A stretch of DNA of 64,000 nt from Octopus sinensis (Eukaryota), in contig NC_042997.1 of assembly GCF_006345805.1 (NCBI RefSeq), forward strand, positions 41,912,001-41,976,000. The letters run 5' to 3'. This document shows positions 23,926 to 36,740 of this stretch, in pieces. A program made the translations under genes and the position numbers. The notes below the pieces were generated by a model. The model made no database searches and was not told the DNA's origin. It was given only the letters and a program-made list of their open reading frames with translations. The first letter of the stretch is position 1. Each line of letters begins with the position of its first letter.

Positions 23926-24494
23926 TTTATTTATAAAGCCATACATGTAAACCATGAAATCTTGTCATAAATTTCTTTGTTTTGTATTCTGCTATTAATA
24001 CTCTTTATTTTGTACTTAATTCCAAATATTATAGCTGTCTTGTAGACAATATTTTCAAATTTCTTTTAACCCTTTTTGTTATCATATATAGACACAAACA
24101 ATGGATGCAGAGTTCAAGTGTTTGCTTTGCAACCAAGTGGCTTTGGGTTCAGTCCCTCCCATTGCATGACACTTGGGAAAGTTTCTTCTATTGTAGCCCT
24201 GAGCCAACTAATGCCTTGCGAGTGAATTTGGTGGATGGAAACTGTGTAGCAGACCATTGTGTGTGTGTGTGTGTGTGAGCCATGTAATTACACACGTGCT
24301 TTTCTTGGACTTTTTTTCCTTCTCTAGACCTTCCCTTTCTCCTCTTTCTGACAATGAGCTATGTGCAAAATGTTATTCACCTACTCTTTTTACCATCTTA
24401 TACTGAGTTTCAAGCTATATTTTCCATGTGTACATCCTTTTGATGTTTGACATTTGTTGTTTTGTTATTCGTTAATTCTAATTTTCAATTTGCC

Positions 24495-24827
24495 TAGTCC
24501 CACTGCCTGGCACCTTGGGCAAGTATCTTCTACTTTAGCCTCAAGCCAATTAAAGCCTTGGTATATATATATATATATAAAACACACACACACACACATA
24601 TGTATGTATATATTTGTGTGTGTGTGTGTGTTTGTGTCTGTGTTTGTCTCCTTGCTATCACTTGACAACCAATGTTGGTGTGTTTATGTCCCTGTAACTT
24701 AGCAGTTTCGCAAATGACACTGATAGAATTCGTCCTGGGCTAATTTCTTTGACTAAAAACCTTTGAAGGTGTTGCTCCAGTATGGCCATGCAAAAGGATG
24801 TATATATATATATATGTATGTGCACAT

Positions 24828-24870
<43 letters not shown>

Positions 24871-25000
24871 TGTACGTTTGTGTGTGTTTGTGCCCTTACT
24901 ATATGACAACTGATGTTCACTTGCTACATCCTTGTGACTAAAGCCATCAAGGTGGTATCCCAGCATGGCCTTAATCCAATGACTAAAACATTGTTTTAAT
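24495..25000 (+). mobile_element. SINE family A, old rearranged copy
   Basis: tagtcccactgcctggcaccttgggcaagtatcttctac; 3' part appears twice around a (TA)n tract. Confidence 0.65.
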
Positions 25001-25059
25001 TCATTTTGAAAATGATGAAGTATTTGTTAAAGTAACTATCATTATTAATATGGCATTTG

Positions 25060-25265
25060 GTACTGACATCGTCTGTGTGAGTGCCATGTAAAAAGCATTC
25101 AGCCCACTCTACGGAGTGGTCGGTGTTAGGTAGGGCACCCAGCCATAAAAACCATGCCAAAGCAGATACAGAAGCATGGCACAGGCTCCTGCCTGGCCAG
25201 TTCCTGTCAAAATGTCCAACCCATGCCAGTATGGAAGGAGAACATTAAATGATGATAATGACAAC
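25060..25265 (+). mobile_element. RTE 3'-UTR fragment, diverged
   Basis: gccatgtaaaaagc...ggagtggtcggtgttaggtagggcacccagcc...aacattaaatgatgataatgac. Confidence 0.7.
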
Positions 25266-25881
25266 GTTTTTAATATAAATTAACATGAAATTTTGATAGA
25301 AGGTTTTAATTCAGGGAATTTTTATTATAGAACCAAGAGCAGTTTCAGATAGTTTGGAATCAAAAGGGTCAAACTGTTTACTAAGGGATGCTAATATTCC
25401 TCAGCATCTAAATGTTACTGAAACCTCTTACCGATTTGGCATCATTAATAATTCTCTAACAAACTGTTAGTACTAACATCTTCAATGTCAACAGCCTAGT
25501 ACTAATGTATATCTGTTGACTAGATAAGCCATACACCTTTAAGCAACATTTCGAAGCAACTAGTTATTTAAGGAAACAACATGAGTTTCCAGTGGATTAG
25601 TTACTATTGCAAAAAGAAAAAAAAAATCAAGAAAAATGGAAACAGATAAGAAGAGGGCTAGAAAGTTATTTGAAGATAGTGAATCATGGATGGGCAGATA
25701 TATGTGTGTATATTTGCGAAAGAGAAAAAAGATTGTGAGCTTACGTAAAAGAATGTTAGACTGGAAAGTTATAAAACAAAATAATTTTTACCTTTTTGTT
25801 TTCTAAAGTTGATACCTTTTCTAGAAATAAGAACTTACCTGAAACAGAAAGAAAACACTATATTAGCTACATGTCAATTAC

Positions 25882-25914
<33 letters not shown>

Positions 25915-26328
25915 CATCATACTTTGCCTTTGCTTTAATTTATACAAGCTGCACCTCAGCTTCAGCCAGAGACATCAAAGAACAGGTTTTTATATCTAAA
26001 GATACAAACAGGTGAGGTACAATGCAATTGTAAAATCTGATGGCCAGGTCTTATAAAAGAAAATTATTATTGTTATTATTATTATTATTATGGAAATGAG
26101 ATGGCAAAATCATGAGTGTGTTGTGGAAAATACCTTGTGGTATTTGTTCCATCTTCTAATATTCTGAGTTGAAATCTTGCTGGGGTTAATTTTCTTTTTT
26201 ATCCTTTTCAGATCAGTAAGCACTAAGGTCAATGGTATCAGCTAAATCCCTGCGCTCAAAACTGCTGCTATTCATTTATACTGGAAACAACAATAATAAT
26301 AATGATAATTATTATTATTATTATTATT

Positions 26329-26870
26329 GGGTGAGAGAGCGGTGCATGCCATCAAAGTGAAACTGGGGTAAAATATACGAAGCCCAGTATACCCATCATG
26401 ACTACCCGTCTAAGAGTACACTAGGCACATGCATCACAACCATATGTGTGCGACATGGTGATCTCATATCAAGATAAACAGCACATGACCTTGCAGGTGG
26501 GGCCCAGTTAGAATTTTCTTCTGGTCGAGTAGCCCATCCCACTCAAAAGGTCCCTGAATAAGGGTTGTTTAAGGATATTGAAAGAAACACCCATGTTTCC
26601 AGAGGTGAATTATTCAAACCCCGAAGAATTCCTCTCAACTCATGGCTATGATGCTCCCCTATTACTTCTGCTCGTGATCAGAGATGCACATATCGTCAGC
26701 CACTAAGGGATATGGTCAACCGGTTAAGGTCAAACAACTGACAAGCAAATCTGTGGTATTGAGCAGAATATTTGCTGTAGCCCATCTTTTATACCAAGAC
26801 AAAACAATGTACATGATAACACTTCCAATCAGTTAAGATCAGAAGCCATGAGAGCCACTGCCTGGTACTA
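26329..26870 (-). mobile_element. Second copy of the ~540-bp TAA-flanked repeat
   Basis: Reverse complement of 11962-12497. Confidence 0.8.
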
Positions 26871-27163
26871 TTATCATTACTATTATTATGTGAAGTCATG
26901 TTGCAATCACAATTGTAAAATTATGGTTTTGATTCCAAGACTGGTGGTGCATTGCGTTTTTTTAGCAAAACACTTCATTTTGTATTGCTTCAGTTCAGTC
27001 AGTTGTAAATGATTAACCTTGTAACAGACTGGTCTGCCTGCATGCCTGCCTAGCCTGTGGTATGGCTACAACTGTGGTAAAGCTACAACAGTGCAAGGTA
27101 ACGCATTGTGACCAGTGGTGTGTAACAACATCCAATAGTCTGGTCAAAATAGTGATTATTGTT

Positions 27164-28025
27164 AGAGCGATAGAGTGGCAGAACTGTTAGAGAGTCAAGC
27201 AAAATGCTTTTCAGTTTTCATCCCATCACTTTACGTTCAAAGTTCTAATCTCACCAAAGCCCACTTTGCATTCCAGAGTCAATACAATAAAGTACAAGTC
27301 AAGTACTGAAGTTAATATAATTGACCATCCATGTTATTCCAAACTTATGGTGTCTCATCTATATCAGAAACAGTTAAGGGTGGCTAGCTGGCAGGATTAT
27401 CAGAATATCAAGAGAAAAAGTGCTCTGCAATATTTGCTCTATTTACATACTGAGTTCAAATTCCACTAAATTCAACTTTGCTTTTCATCCTTTAGGGATG
27501 ATAAAGTACTAGTCAAGTGCTCAGGGTGATATAATTGACTAGTCCCCTCCCCTAAATGTCAGGCCTTGCTGCCTACAGAAGAAGAAAGGATTGTTGTTAT
27601 GATGATTATTATTATTAAGACCTTGCCTTTCATCCTTTCAGGATTGATAAAATAAGCATCAGTTGAACACTGGAGTTGATGCAATCGACTTACCCCATCT
27701 CCGAAATTGCTGGCTTTGTGCCAAAATTTGAAATCATTATTATTATTGTTATTATTATTATTAAGGCAGTGAGTGGGCAGAAGCATTAGCATGCCAGACT
27801 AAATGCTTTGCAGCATTTCATCTGTCTTTATCTTCTGAGTTCAAATTCTGTTGAGGTCGATTTTGTCTTTTATCCTTTTGTGGGGCCAGTAAAATAGGTA
27901 GCTTTTGAGCACTGGGGTCAATGTAATCAACTCCTCCACCACTCAAAATTGATGGCCTTGTGCCAAACTAAGGAGGAGGAGGAGGATCATCATCATCATC
28001 ATCATCATCATCACCACCATCACCA

Positions 28026-28062
<37 letters not shown>

Positions 28063-28290
28063 GGTGGTGAGCTGGCAGGATTGTTAATATGTTAGACAAA
28101 ATGTTTAATAGAATTTCTTCTGGCTCTTTACATTCTGAGTTCAAATCCCACCAAGATCAACACTGCCTTTCATCCTTTTGGGGTCAATAAAATAAAGTAC
28201 AAATTAAACCCTGGAATCAATTTAATCCACTGACTCCAATGCTCACAAATCTCAGGCCTTGTGCTTATTATTATTATTATTATTATTGGT
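27164..28290 (+). mobile_element. Head-to-tail cluster of five family B SINEs or fragments
   Basis: Units start near 27164, 27375, 27617, 27763 and 28061; the last three begin directly after an (ATT)n tract. Confidence 0.8.
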
Positions 28291-28687
28291 GGTGGTGGTC
28301 ATTTCATGGCTTAGTCTGCAGGAGGGGTTGTGCATCTAGTCTTCAGACTTGGGAAATGAATACAACTTACATTTGGCTAGCATATTTTGTAAATCAGTTT
28401 TAGAAAGGGAGAATGTGACCATCAAGGAAATTCCAGAAAAGTTGATGTTCTAGATTCTGTAAAGTAGAAAGTGTAGGGCCTGGAAGGTGGGCAGTGGGTG
28501 AGACATAAGAGTAACAGGTAGTAGTAGTAGTGGTGGTTGAGAGCATTGATAAAATCTGAATGAAATTCCTTGTAAATTAGTTACATCACAATATCAGAAC
28601 ATTAGAATTCTTTGTATAGACAACAACTAGAAGTGTATGATAATAGAAGCTATAGAAGTGTGTGTGGGGGGTATGTATGTATGTATG

Positions 28688-28723
<36 letters not shown>

Positions 28724-29014
28724 GTGGCTTTCATAGAAATTTGTACACATCTAGATGCCATTACAAAGAGTATATGAGTTAAAATAACAAAAGGCTGACA
28801 GCAGGTCATGTGAAGTTTCCTGGAAAACAAACATATGAAAAGGAGAATGCATTTGTTGCATATACAAACAGAGCTAATAAGCATACACAGTCTATCTAGT
28901 GATGTGTTTCATATACTTATACACAGACTCTACATACATATGTTCACACATACACACACATATACATGTGTGTATGCCTATATATATATATTCATGTATA
29001 CATGTGTATGTGCG

Positions 29015-29052
<38 letters not shown>

Positions 29053-29089
29053 GAGATATATATAGAAAGAGAGAGAGAGAGAGAGAGAG

Positions 29090-29480
29090 ATATTATCATC
29101 GTTTAACATCTGTCTTCCATGCATGTATGTATGGGTAGGATGGTTGACAGGAGGCAGCCAGGTAGAAGACTTCCCCAGGCTACTGTGTCTGCTTTGGCAG
29201 GGTTTTTACAGCTGGATGGCCCTCCTAACACCAACCACTGAGCAGAGTGGACTCAGTGCTCTTTACGTGGCACTAGCACAGGTGAGGTTAGTTTTGGCAT
29301 GATTTTTACAGCTGGATGCCCTTCCAAATGCCAACCACTTTACAGTGTGGACTGGGTGCTTTTAATGTGGCACCAGCACTGGCAGGGTCACCAAGTAACT
29401 TGCAAGACAAGGAATTATGAGAGGGACAGGGGCATTTGAGGAAGGGAACTTGTGCCAGAGGATAAAAGGTTAAGAGGCAG
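29090..29480 (-). mobile_element. RTE 3'-UTR fragment, diverged subfamily
   Basis: tcatcgtttaacatctgtcttccatgc...; the ggatgcccttcc block occurs twice; similar copy at 57960. Confidence 0.7.
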
Positions 29481-29699
29481 AAATAGGTATCTTGCTATAA
29501 AGGAGGATGTGATCCACTGTCAGATGATGAAAGGTTAGAGTAAGACAGAAAAATAGAGAGGTAGAAATAGGTGTCTTGTTATAGAGGAGGTACATAGTTA
29601 TCCAGTGAGAAATATATATATATATATGTAGAAATATAAAGTGGGTTGCTTCATATTTTTATCCAACAGAGAAAAGATATTGCTGAAAATGTAACCTTC

Positions 29700-30610
29700 A
29701 ATCAAAAGTAGTGATGTACAACCATTTTTTTAAGTGAGTCACAAAATTCATATGGAAAACTTCAAGGACCATGAAATATAAATTTTCTTTTGACTGCATT
29801 ATGCAATCCAGTATGACACAAAAGTCACCGTGTGGACTACCAATACTTGGGTTTGGATCAATAACGATGCACCTAGACCATATTGGACATCACTGATCTA
29901 AGGCATTGGTGGTGACTGATAATACTCTAGGCCTCCTTCAGAATCTCAACACTTTTTGTTACTGCATTCCTGGTGAAGTATTTTACCTACCATCAAAACT
30001 ATCCCTTAATCCAATTTAAGGATCAGTGCCTAATTTCTAATATTAACCCTTTAGCATTTAAACTGGACATATCCAGCTCAAATATTCTACTTGTTTTCTG
30101 TTGCAGTTAGCCAGATCCAACCTCTCACACCTATCTGACAATGTTAATATAAAAATAAACAATCACATTCTCAAAATCTCAAAGCTACAAGTTGATGCAT
30201 GATTAATTTTTAAGAAATGTAAATAAATAAACATCACATATGACAGAATAATCTGAATGCTAAAGATGTATTACCTTCACTGCCCTTTTAAACAACTTGA
30301 AATAGGTGGCCAAGATGAACAATCTATCAAGGTCTTTTGGCAAAAGATCATAAAGGCCATTGATAATATCAAAGCATCTTATGATGAAGAAATCACGAAC
30401 TGTATTAACAGAGTTTGGAAGGGACTATGGCCAAAAGCATGATTTTCTGGAATTTGCAGAAGCAGTCTCAGCAGTCACATGATTGAGCTGTCCAATGAAT
30501 GGGAAATGCAAAATGTCATTGCTAAAAGATTTAGAGAAGTTGATAGAGTTTCATGATAAGAATGTATTTATTAAAGACCTGTAGGAGTTAGTACAGCAAG
30601 ACATCCAAAA
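29700..30610 (+). pseudogene. Tigger/pogo-type (DDE_1) transposase remnant, interrupted by a MITE
   Basis: Broken translation LVV.DNTLGLLQNL ... EVFYLPSK..SLIQ..DQ.LIS, then SIKVFWQKIIKAIDNIKASYDEEITNCINRVWKGLWP, resembling Tigger LLDNAPGH / FLPPNTTSLIQPMDQG / NGVWKKLWP. Confidence 0.65.
30043..30270. mobile_element. piggyBac-like MITE family P2, opposite orientation, inside the Tigger remnant
   Basis: TTAACCCTTTAGCATTTAAAC ... ATCTGAATGCTAAAG. Confidence 0.75.
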
Positions 30611-30963
30611 TAGACCTGAATACTCTACTATAGATGTAGTAACACCGAAAACAATTTTTACTACCTAATTTTTAAGAAAACAGCCCCACCATGTTTACAG
30701 AAATCAAGAACCAGTTTATTAAGAATTAGATAAACAATTACAGGTATCAAATACCATACAAGATGAATTTTTGATTTATTAAAATTGCCTCTACAGGACA
30801 TGTCATAATTGCGAAGTGGCAATTAAGACAAGTTCCACATGAGAAGGGAAGATCATCTGAAGAACCAAGGATTCTCTAAAGTAGACATGCATTGAGGAAA
30901 AGATGGGTTTATTGTCTGGAGACAAGAGGAAAGTTACGGACAGATGTTATTGGTTCAATAGCT

Positions 30964-31237
30964 ATCATCAACATCATCATCATCATCATTGTTTGACCGT
31001 GGTCGAGACAATGGAATTTACCATGCTACGCCAGACTTCACGGTCCATCATGGCATTACGGAGGTCCTGTTGCTGGATGCCTGTATCCCTGGAGATTACA
31101 TCAGGGTAGGAGAGTGTGCGCCTTCTGGTATTGCGAGTAGATGGCTTCCAGAGGAGAAGAGTAGAAATTACTTCTTTTTCAGCTCTACAACAATGTCCAG
31201 CAAACTGGACTCTCCTACCTTTCACCACCTGTGTCAT
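30964..31237 (-). pseudogene. 5'-truncated RTE LINE 3' end
   Basis: KGRRVQFAGHCCRAEKEVISTLLLWKP..RRRTLSYPDVISRD..AMMDREVWRSMV; stop directly followed by (TGA)n tail. Confidence 0.88.
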
Positions 31238-31365
31238 CTCTTGTGAAAGGTAGGAGAGTCCAAAATCATCAACAGGACAACTACCTGACCTTATCTAGTA
31301 GCTGAGGGATTTAGACTTATACAAAAAATGTAGAATATATTTATGGCCAAGGTAATTTGCATAAT

Positions 31366-31594
31366 TTAACCATTTAGCATTCAGATTACTTTGCCAAATG
31401 TAATGCTTATTTATTCACATTGTTTTGAATTTATTGTGCATTATTTTGTAGCTTTGAGATATTAATGACATGACTGTTTCTTTTTAGAATGACCATTGTA
31501 CAGTAGGTGTAAGAGGCCAGATTTGACTGTTATCAACATAAAACTAGTAGTATATTTGGTCCTGATATGGCTGGTTTCAATGGTAAAGAGTTAA
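31366..31594. mobile_element. piggyBac-like MITE family P2
   Basis: TTAA at both ends; CCATTTAGCATTCAGA / GGTAAAGAG decayed TIRs. Confidence 0.75.
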
Positions 31595-31859
31595 ATGGTA
31601 AAATGAATCAAGTGAGTGGCCAATGGCATGTAAAGGCATACCTTGACTTAAGTTGTTTCAATTTAAGTCGTTCTCAATTATACGTCAGTTTTCAAAAATA
31701 ATATAGGGAAAAATAAAAATCAAGTTAAGTCATTTTATTAAACTTCACGTCTGTCCACCACAAATACTGGAATCATAAAATCCCTAGAAAACCATTAAAA
31801 GCACATAAAATCATGTTCTGTACAATAAATAAGAATAAAAGCATATAAAATCATATTCT

Positions 31860-32070
31860 TTTCTGCTCTAGGCACAAGGCCCTAAATTTTGGGGGAGAGG
31901 GCCATTCAATTAGATTGACCCCAGTACGCAACTGGTACTTAATTTATCAACCCTGAAAGGATGAAAGGCATAGTCAACTTTGGCAGAATTTGAACTCAGA
32001 ATGTAAAGACTGACGAAACAGCGCAAAGCAGTGCACCCAGCATACTAATGTTTCTGCCAGCTCGCCACGT
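31860..32070 (-). mobile_element. SINE family B
   Basis: ctgaaaggatgaaaggcatagtcaactttggcagaatttgaactcaga. Confidence 0.85.
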
Positions 32071-32541
32071 TAATATAAAATCATATTAAAATATGTACAG
32101 TAACTGTTAAGTTACACACCATAAAGCAGTGTAGCTTAGTGAACGAAATCATGAAATCAGCTGTGTTGCTTTATTTATCAGTCTTTTGGAGCTCATATTG
32201 CACTGTAGTTCCAATATCTACTGTTAGACATCATTGTGATTTCCAGGATTGTTTTGAATTCAGATTTGTTTCCATCTGTCTATCTACTTTCTAATTCTCA
32301 TTCATTTGTGACTTTATTTTTTGCCCCCATGACTCCTAAGAAAATTCATAGTGAAAGTGCTAAGCTATGATAATTGCAAAACACATTAAATAAAGTGTCT
32401 GCAATGTACAGTAAACACCGCCATATTGTATTCATAAATTTAGATTACTTTTTTTTTACTGTACTCTATTAAGAAATGAAAATTATTTGTAAGCTTAAAA
32501 TAGGTTATTATTAACCATGTATTATTGAAAATGCATTCTTA

Positions 32542-32939
32542 AGGCGCAGGAGTGGCTGTGTGGTAAGTAGCTTGCTAACCAACCACATGGTTCCGGGTTC
32601 AGTCCCACTGCGTGGCAACTTGGGCAAGTGTCTTCTACTATAGCCCCGGGCCGACCAATGCCTTGTGAGTGGATTTAGTAGACGGAAACTGAAAGAAGCC
32701 TGTCGTATATATGTGTATATATATAAGTGTGTGTGTGTATATGTTTGTGTGTCTGTGTTTGTCCCCCCAACATCGCTTGACAACCGATGTTGGTAACTTA
32801 GCGGTTCGGCAAAAGAGACCGATAGAATAAGTACTGGGCTTACAAAGAATAAGTCCCGGGGTCGATTTGCTCGACTAAAGGTGGTGCTCCAGCATGGCCG
32901 CAGTTAAATGACTGAAACAAGTAAAAGAGAGTAAGAGTA
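32542..32939 (+). mobile_element. SINE family A, full-length
   Basis: aggcgcaggagtggctgtgtgg head through aagagagtaagagta tail. Confidence 0.92.
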
Positions 32940-33792
32940 TAAATAAAGTACAGAACTGGGAATGGCTATTAACATTTTGGCCTAGAGACAAATTAATTCA
33001 ACTTGAGTCATTTTTTCACTTAAGTTTTGTCTCCTGGAACCAATTAACGATGTAGGGTGAGGTATGCCTGTATTAGAACAGCAGACAAATACAGGTATAT
33101 CAAATACCATACAACATAAATTCTTGATTTATTAAAATTATCTCTGTCTCTTGAGGATTTATTATAATTACTTAAAGGCATTTAAGATCAGCTACACTTG
33201 AGAAAGGAGATAATCTTAAGATTCAATTAGAATGACCTTGATTGGGATCTCAGTAGCAAGGCAAAGAGAAATGTTCCGATCATGATGGCTGCTGCTATGA
33301 ATTGCTTCATGGGAGAAGACACCACAAAACATTGACAATATTAGATGTATCCTTCAAAAAGCAACCAATATGTAAAAAAGGAACCACAGCCTGAATTCTC
33401 ATGCTAGATTTAGTCTATACATGTCCTATTTCTCACTTCACTTTCCCACAGAATTAATTGTGGTCAGGCCTTGTGAACTCATGATTAAAATTGGTTAATA
33501 ACATTTATAACATTAGATCTTAATTAAACTTGGTTTCTAATTTAATCATAACTTTAGATCACAATGTATGAAATAACATAACATCGCATGAGGTTATCAA
33601 AAGTTATTAAGTGCTTCTGGGGTGTGACAGCAAGTTTTGGGCTTTTTCATATTTATTTCTGTTTATATCAGTTAAGATAGCCTATGAAGTTTTTAACCCT
33701 TTTTATGTTGTTATAATGACCCCAAATAGTGCTGTTTCATTTAGCATTGAACAGTTTAAGAATGCAGGATTCCAAGCATGGGAACACCACTA

Positions 33793-34021
33793 TTAACCCT
33801 TTCGTTACTGTATTTATTTTGAGATGCTCTGTGTTTCTTTCAATTACTTTAAATATAAGAAAGAATTTAGTAAAATAACTTAGTTATCATTAAGCTAGTG
33901 TTAGGAACATTAAATGTGACTAAGGTTTGGTGGAAGATTTTAATTCAAAACTTATGAAAACAAGACATTTGCTCTACAGAGCCAGAGCCGGTTTCAGCTG
34001 GGTTGGTAACAAAAGGGTTAA
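33793..34021. mobile_element. piggyBac-like MITE family P1
   Basis: TTAA|CCCTTTCGTTAC...GTAACAAAAGGG|TTAA. Confidence 0.88.
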
Positions 34022-35042
34022 GGTGCAAGCTAGGCTGTGTAGTTAAAAAGTTCACTTCATGACTGCATTTGTTTCAGGTTTCATTTTGCTATGTGACACT
34101 TTAGGCAAGTGTTTTCTACTACTGCTCCAAGTTGGCCAAAGCCTTGTGAATCGATTTGGTAGATAGAAACTAAAAGAATCCTGCCATGTATATGTAACCA
34201 TTTGTATCTAGTGTGTGTGTGTGAGTTGAGTATATTTGTCTCTTCTTGTTTTGGCATCAACATAATAGTTGTAAATGAGTGCCATTGTTATACAAGCAGT
34301 GTCATTCATTTTCAATATTCTGCAGAAGTGTGTCTGACCATAGAGAAATAGTACTTGGAACTGGTGAGGATTGGTCACAGGAAAGGCATTGGTCTCAGTA
34401 AATTCAGTTCAAACCAGACCTCTCTCCTTTGTACCAACTTTACTGTTATTTTTATTCATAACCTAATTCTTCATTTCTACTATTTTTATAATTTACCCTT
34501 CCCCACTTCCCACATGATAAACAATTTAAAGTTTTTGTTCTATTTCTGTTTGTTGAGTGGGGAATGTCACTCACTTGAATCTGAACAATCTGAGTTCATT
34601 TCCTGTGAAGTTTAGTAGAAAAGAAATGATTTCACTTGCAGGAAGAAAGAAATGTAAGTCAAAGATGGTGAGATTTTGTACTTATTGCCTTAATACAAGT
34701 GTCTTGTACTAAGTGACCTAGAAGAAGTGTCAGCTTTTATTTTGTATTTCTCCCCCACCCCCACCTTTCTTCTCCTCTGATAACCTTTTTCTCCCCATAA
34801 CAATTTAATGGAGAAAAAATGTAGCCCCCTTCTACAAACCATATCAGATAGATGTTGCCAAATCAATCATCCATGACAGGGGTGGGATGGGGAATCACAT
34901 GCCTTAAACTTGACCTTGACGTTTTTTATGAACTGGTGATGTTTTTTTTTGATATTTAAAAAACAAAAACATAATAGACTCAACAAGTATTAACACCATT
35001 ACTGTAAGGTCACCAGTAAGAAAACTGCTGACATTAGCTTTA

Positions 35043-35460
35043 TACTCTTTACTTTTTTACTTGTTTCAGTCATTTGACTGCGGCCATGCTGGAGCACCGA
35101 CTTTAATCAAGCAAATCGACCCCAGGACTTATTCTTTTTTTAGCCCAGTACTTATTCTATCGGTATCTTTTGCCAAACTGCTCAGTTACGGGGACATAAA
35201 CACTCCAGCATCGGTTGCCAAGCAATGCTAGGGGGACAAACACAGACACACAAAAACACATACACACACATATATATATATATATATACATATATACGAC
35301 GGGTTTCTTTCAGTTTCCATCTACCAAATCCACTCACAAGGCTTTGGTCGGCCCGAGGCTATAGTGGAAGACACTTGCCCAAGATGCCACACAGTGGGAC
35401 TGAACCTGGAGCCATGTGGTTGGTAAGCAAGCTACTTACCACACAGCCACTCCTGCGCCT
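35043..35460 (-). mobile_element. SINE family A
   Basis: Collinear with other full-length copies. Confidence 0.9.
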
Positions 35461-35479
35461 ATATAAATTAAGGTGTCAG

Positions 35480-35870
35480 AATTGAAATTCTTAGCATTTT
35501 GTCTGTCTTCATATTCTGAGTTCAAATTTCACTGAGGTTGACTTTGCCTTTCATCCTTTTGGGGTTGATAATAAGTACCAGTTTAGTACTGAAGTCATAG
35601 TAATTAATTTACCCCTTAGCCCCAAATTCCTGGCCTTATGCCAAACTTCAATTTTTAAGCTGCATAAAGGCAAGCTGGCAGAACCATTAGCACTTAGCAT
35701 GCATTTCATCTGTGTATATGTTCTGAGTTCAAATTCTGTCACGGTCAACTTTGCTGTTCATCCTTTCAGGATTGATAAAATCAGTACCAGTTGAGTACTG
35801 AAGTTAATGTGATAGATTGCCCGTCCCTTCCCCCTAATTCTAGGCCTTCTGCCTACAGTAGAAAATAATT
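35480..35870 (+). mobile_element. Two tandem family B SINEs
   Basis: gagttcaaattt...tttcatcctttt core at ~35518 and again at ~35725. Confidence 0.75.
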
Positions 35871-36115
35871 ATCAAACTACATACTTTTATATTTAGATTC
35901 CAAGTTAAAAACCCTGTCATGGTCACCATTGCTTTTGTCCTTCAGGAGTTGGGGAAAGGATTGATGAAATAAATTAATAGTGAAATGGTGGTGGTGGTGG
36001 TGGTGGTGCCACCGCAAAGTTGACCATGAAGGAATTTGAACTCAGAAAGTAAAAATGGATGAAATGTTGCAAAGCATTTTGCTCAACATGCTAATGGTTC
36101 TACCAGCTCACTACC

Positions 36116-36151
<36 letters not shown>

Positions 36152-36163
36152 GTAGTAGTAGTT

Positions 36164-36460
36164 GTTGTTGTTGTCTGTTCCTTCTCAAGCCATGCCTGGC
36201 TCATAGGGCCGGTTTCCCGGTTTCCTTGGTGTATAGGTTCCCCACCTGGACAGGACGCCGGTCTGTTGCAGGTGAGCTGCAAGATGCAGGAGGAAAGAGT
36301 GAGAGAAAGTTGTGGCGAAAGAGTCAGCAGAAGTTTGCCTTTATCTTCTGCTGGAGCCGCGTGGAGCTCATAAACATACACATCGCCCAGTCTGAGATTC
36401 GAACCCGCGATCCCTTGACCGCGAGTCCGCTGCGCTAGCCACTAGGCTATGTGCCTCCAC
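36164..36460 (-). mobile_element. SINE family C, tail type 1, with TSD
   Basis: tRNA-Arg-like head; TSD agtagtagtagtt at 36151-36163 and 36461-36473. Confidence 0.85.
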
Positions 36461-36524
36461 AGTAGTAGTAGTTTCTAATTTAGGCACAAGCCAATAATTT
36501 TGAGGAGGGTAGTAATTCAATACC

Positions 36525-36740
36525 TATTTCTTTATTACCCACAAGGAGTTAAACATAGAGGGGACAAACAAGGACAGACATAGGTATTAAGTCGATTACA
36601 TCGATCCCAGTGCGTAATTGGTACTTAATTTATAGACCCCGAAAGGATGAAAGGCAAAGTCGACCTCGGTGGAATTTGAACTCACAACGTAACGCAGACG
36701 AAATACCGCTAAGCATTTCGCCCGGCGTGCTAACGTTTAC
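36525..36740 (-). mobile_element. SINE family B, long-tail subfamily
   Basis: Near-identical to 18271-18500. Confidence 0.88.
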
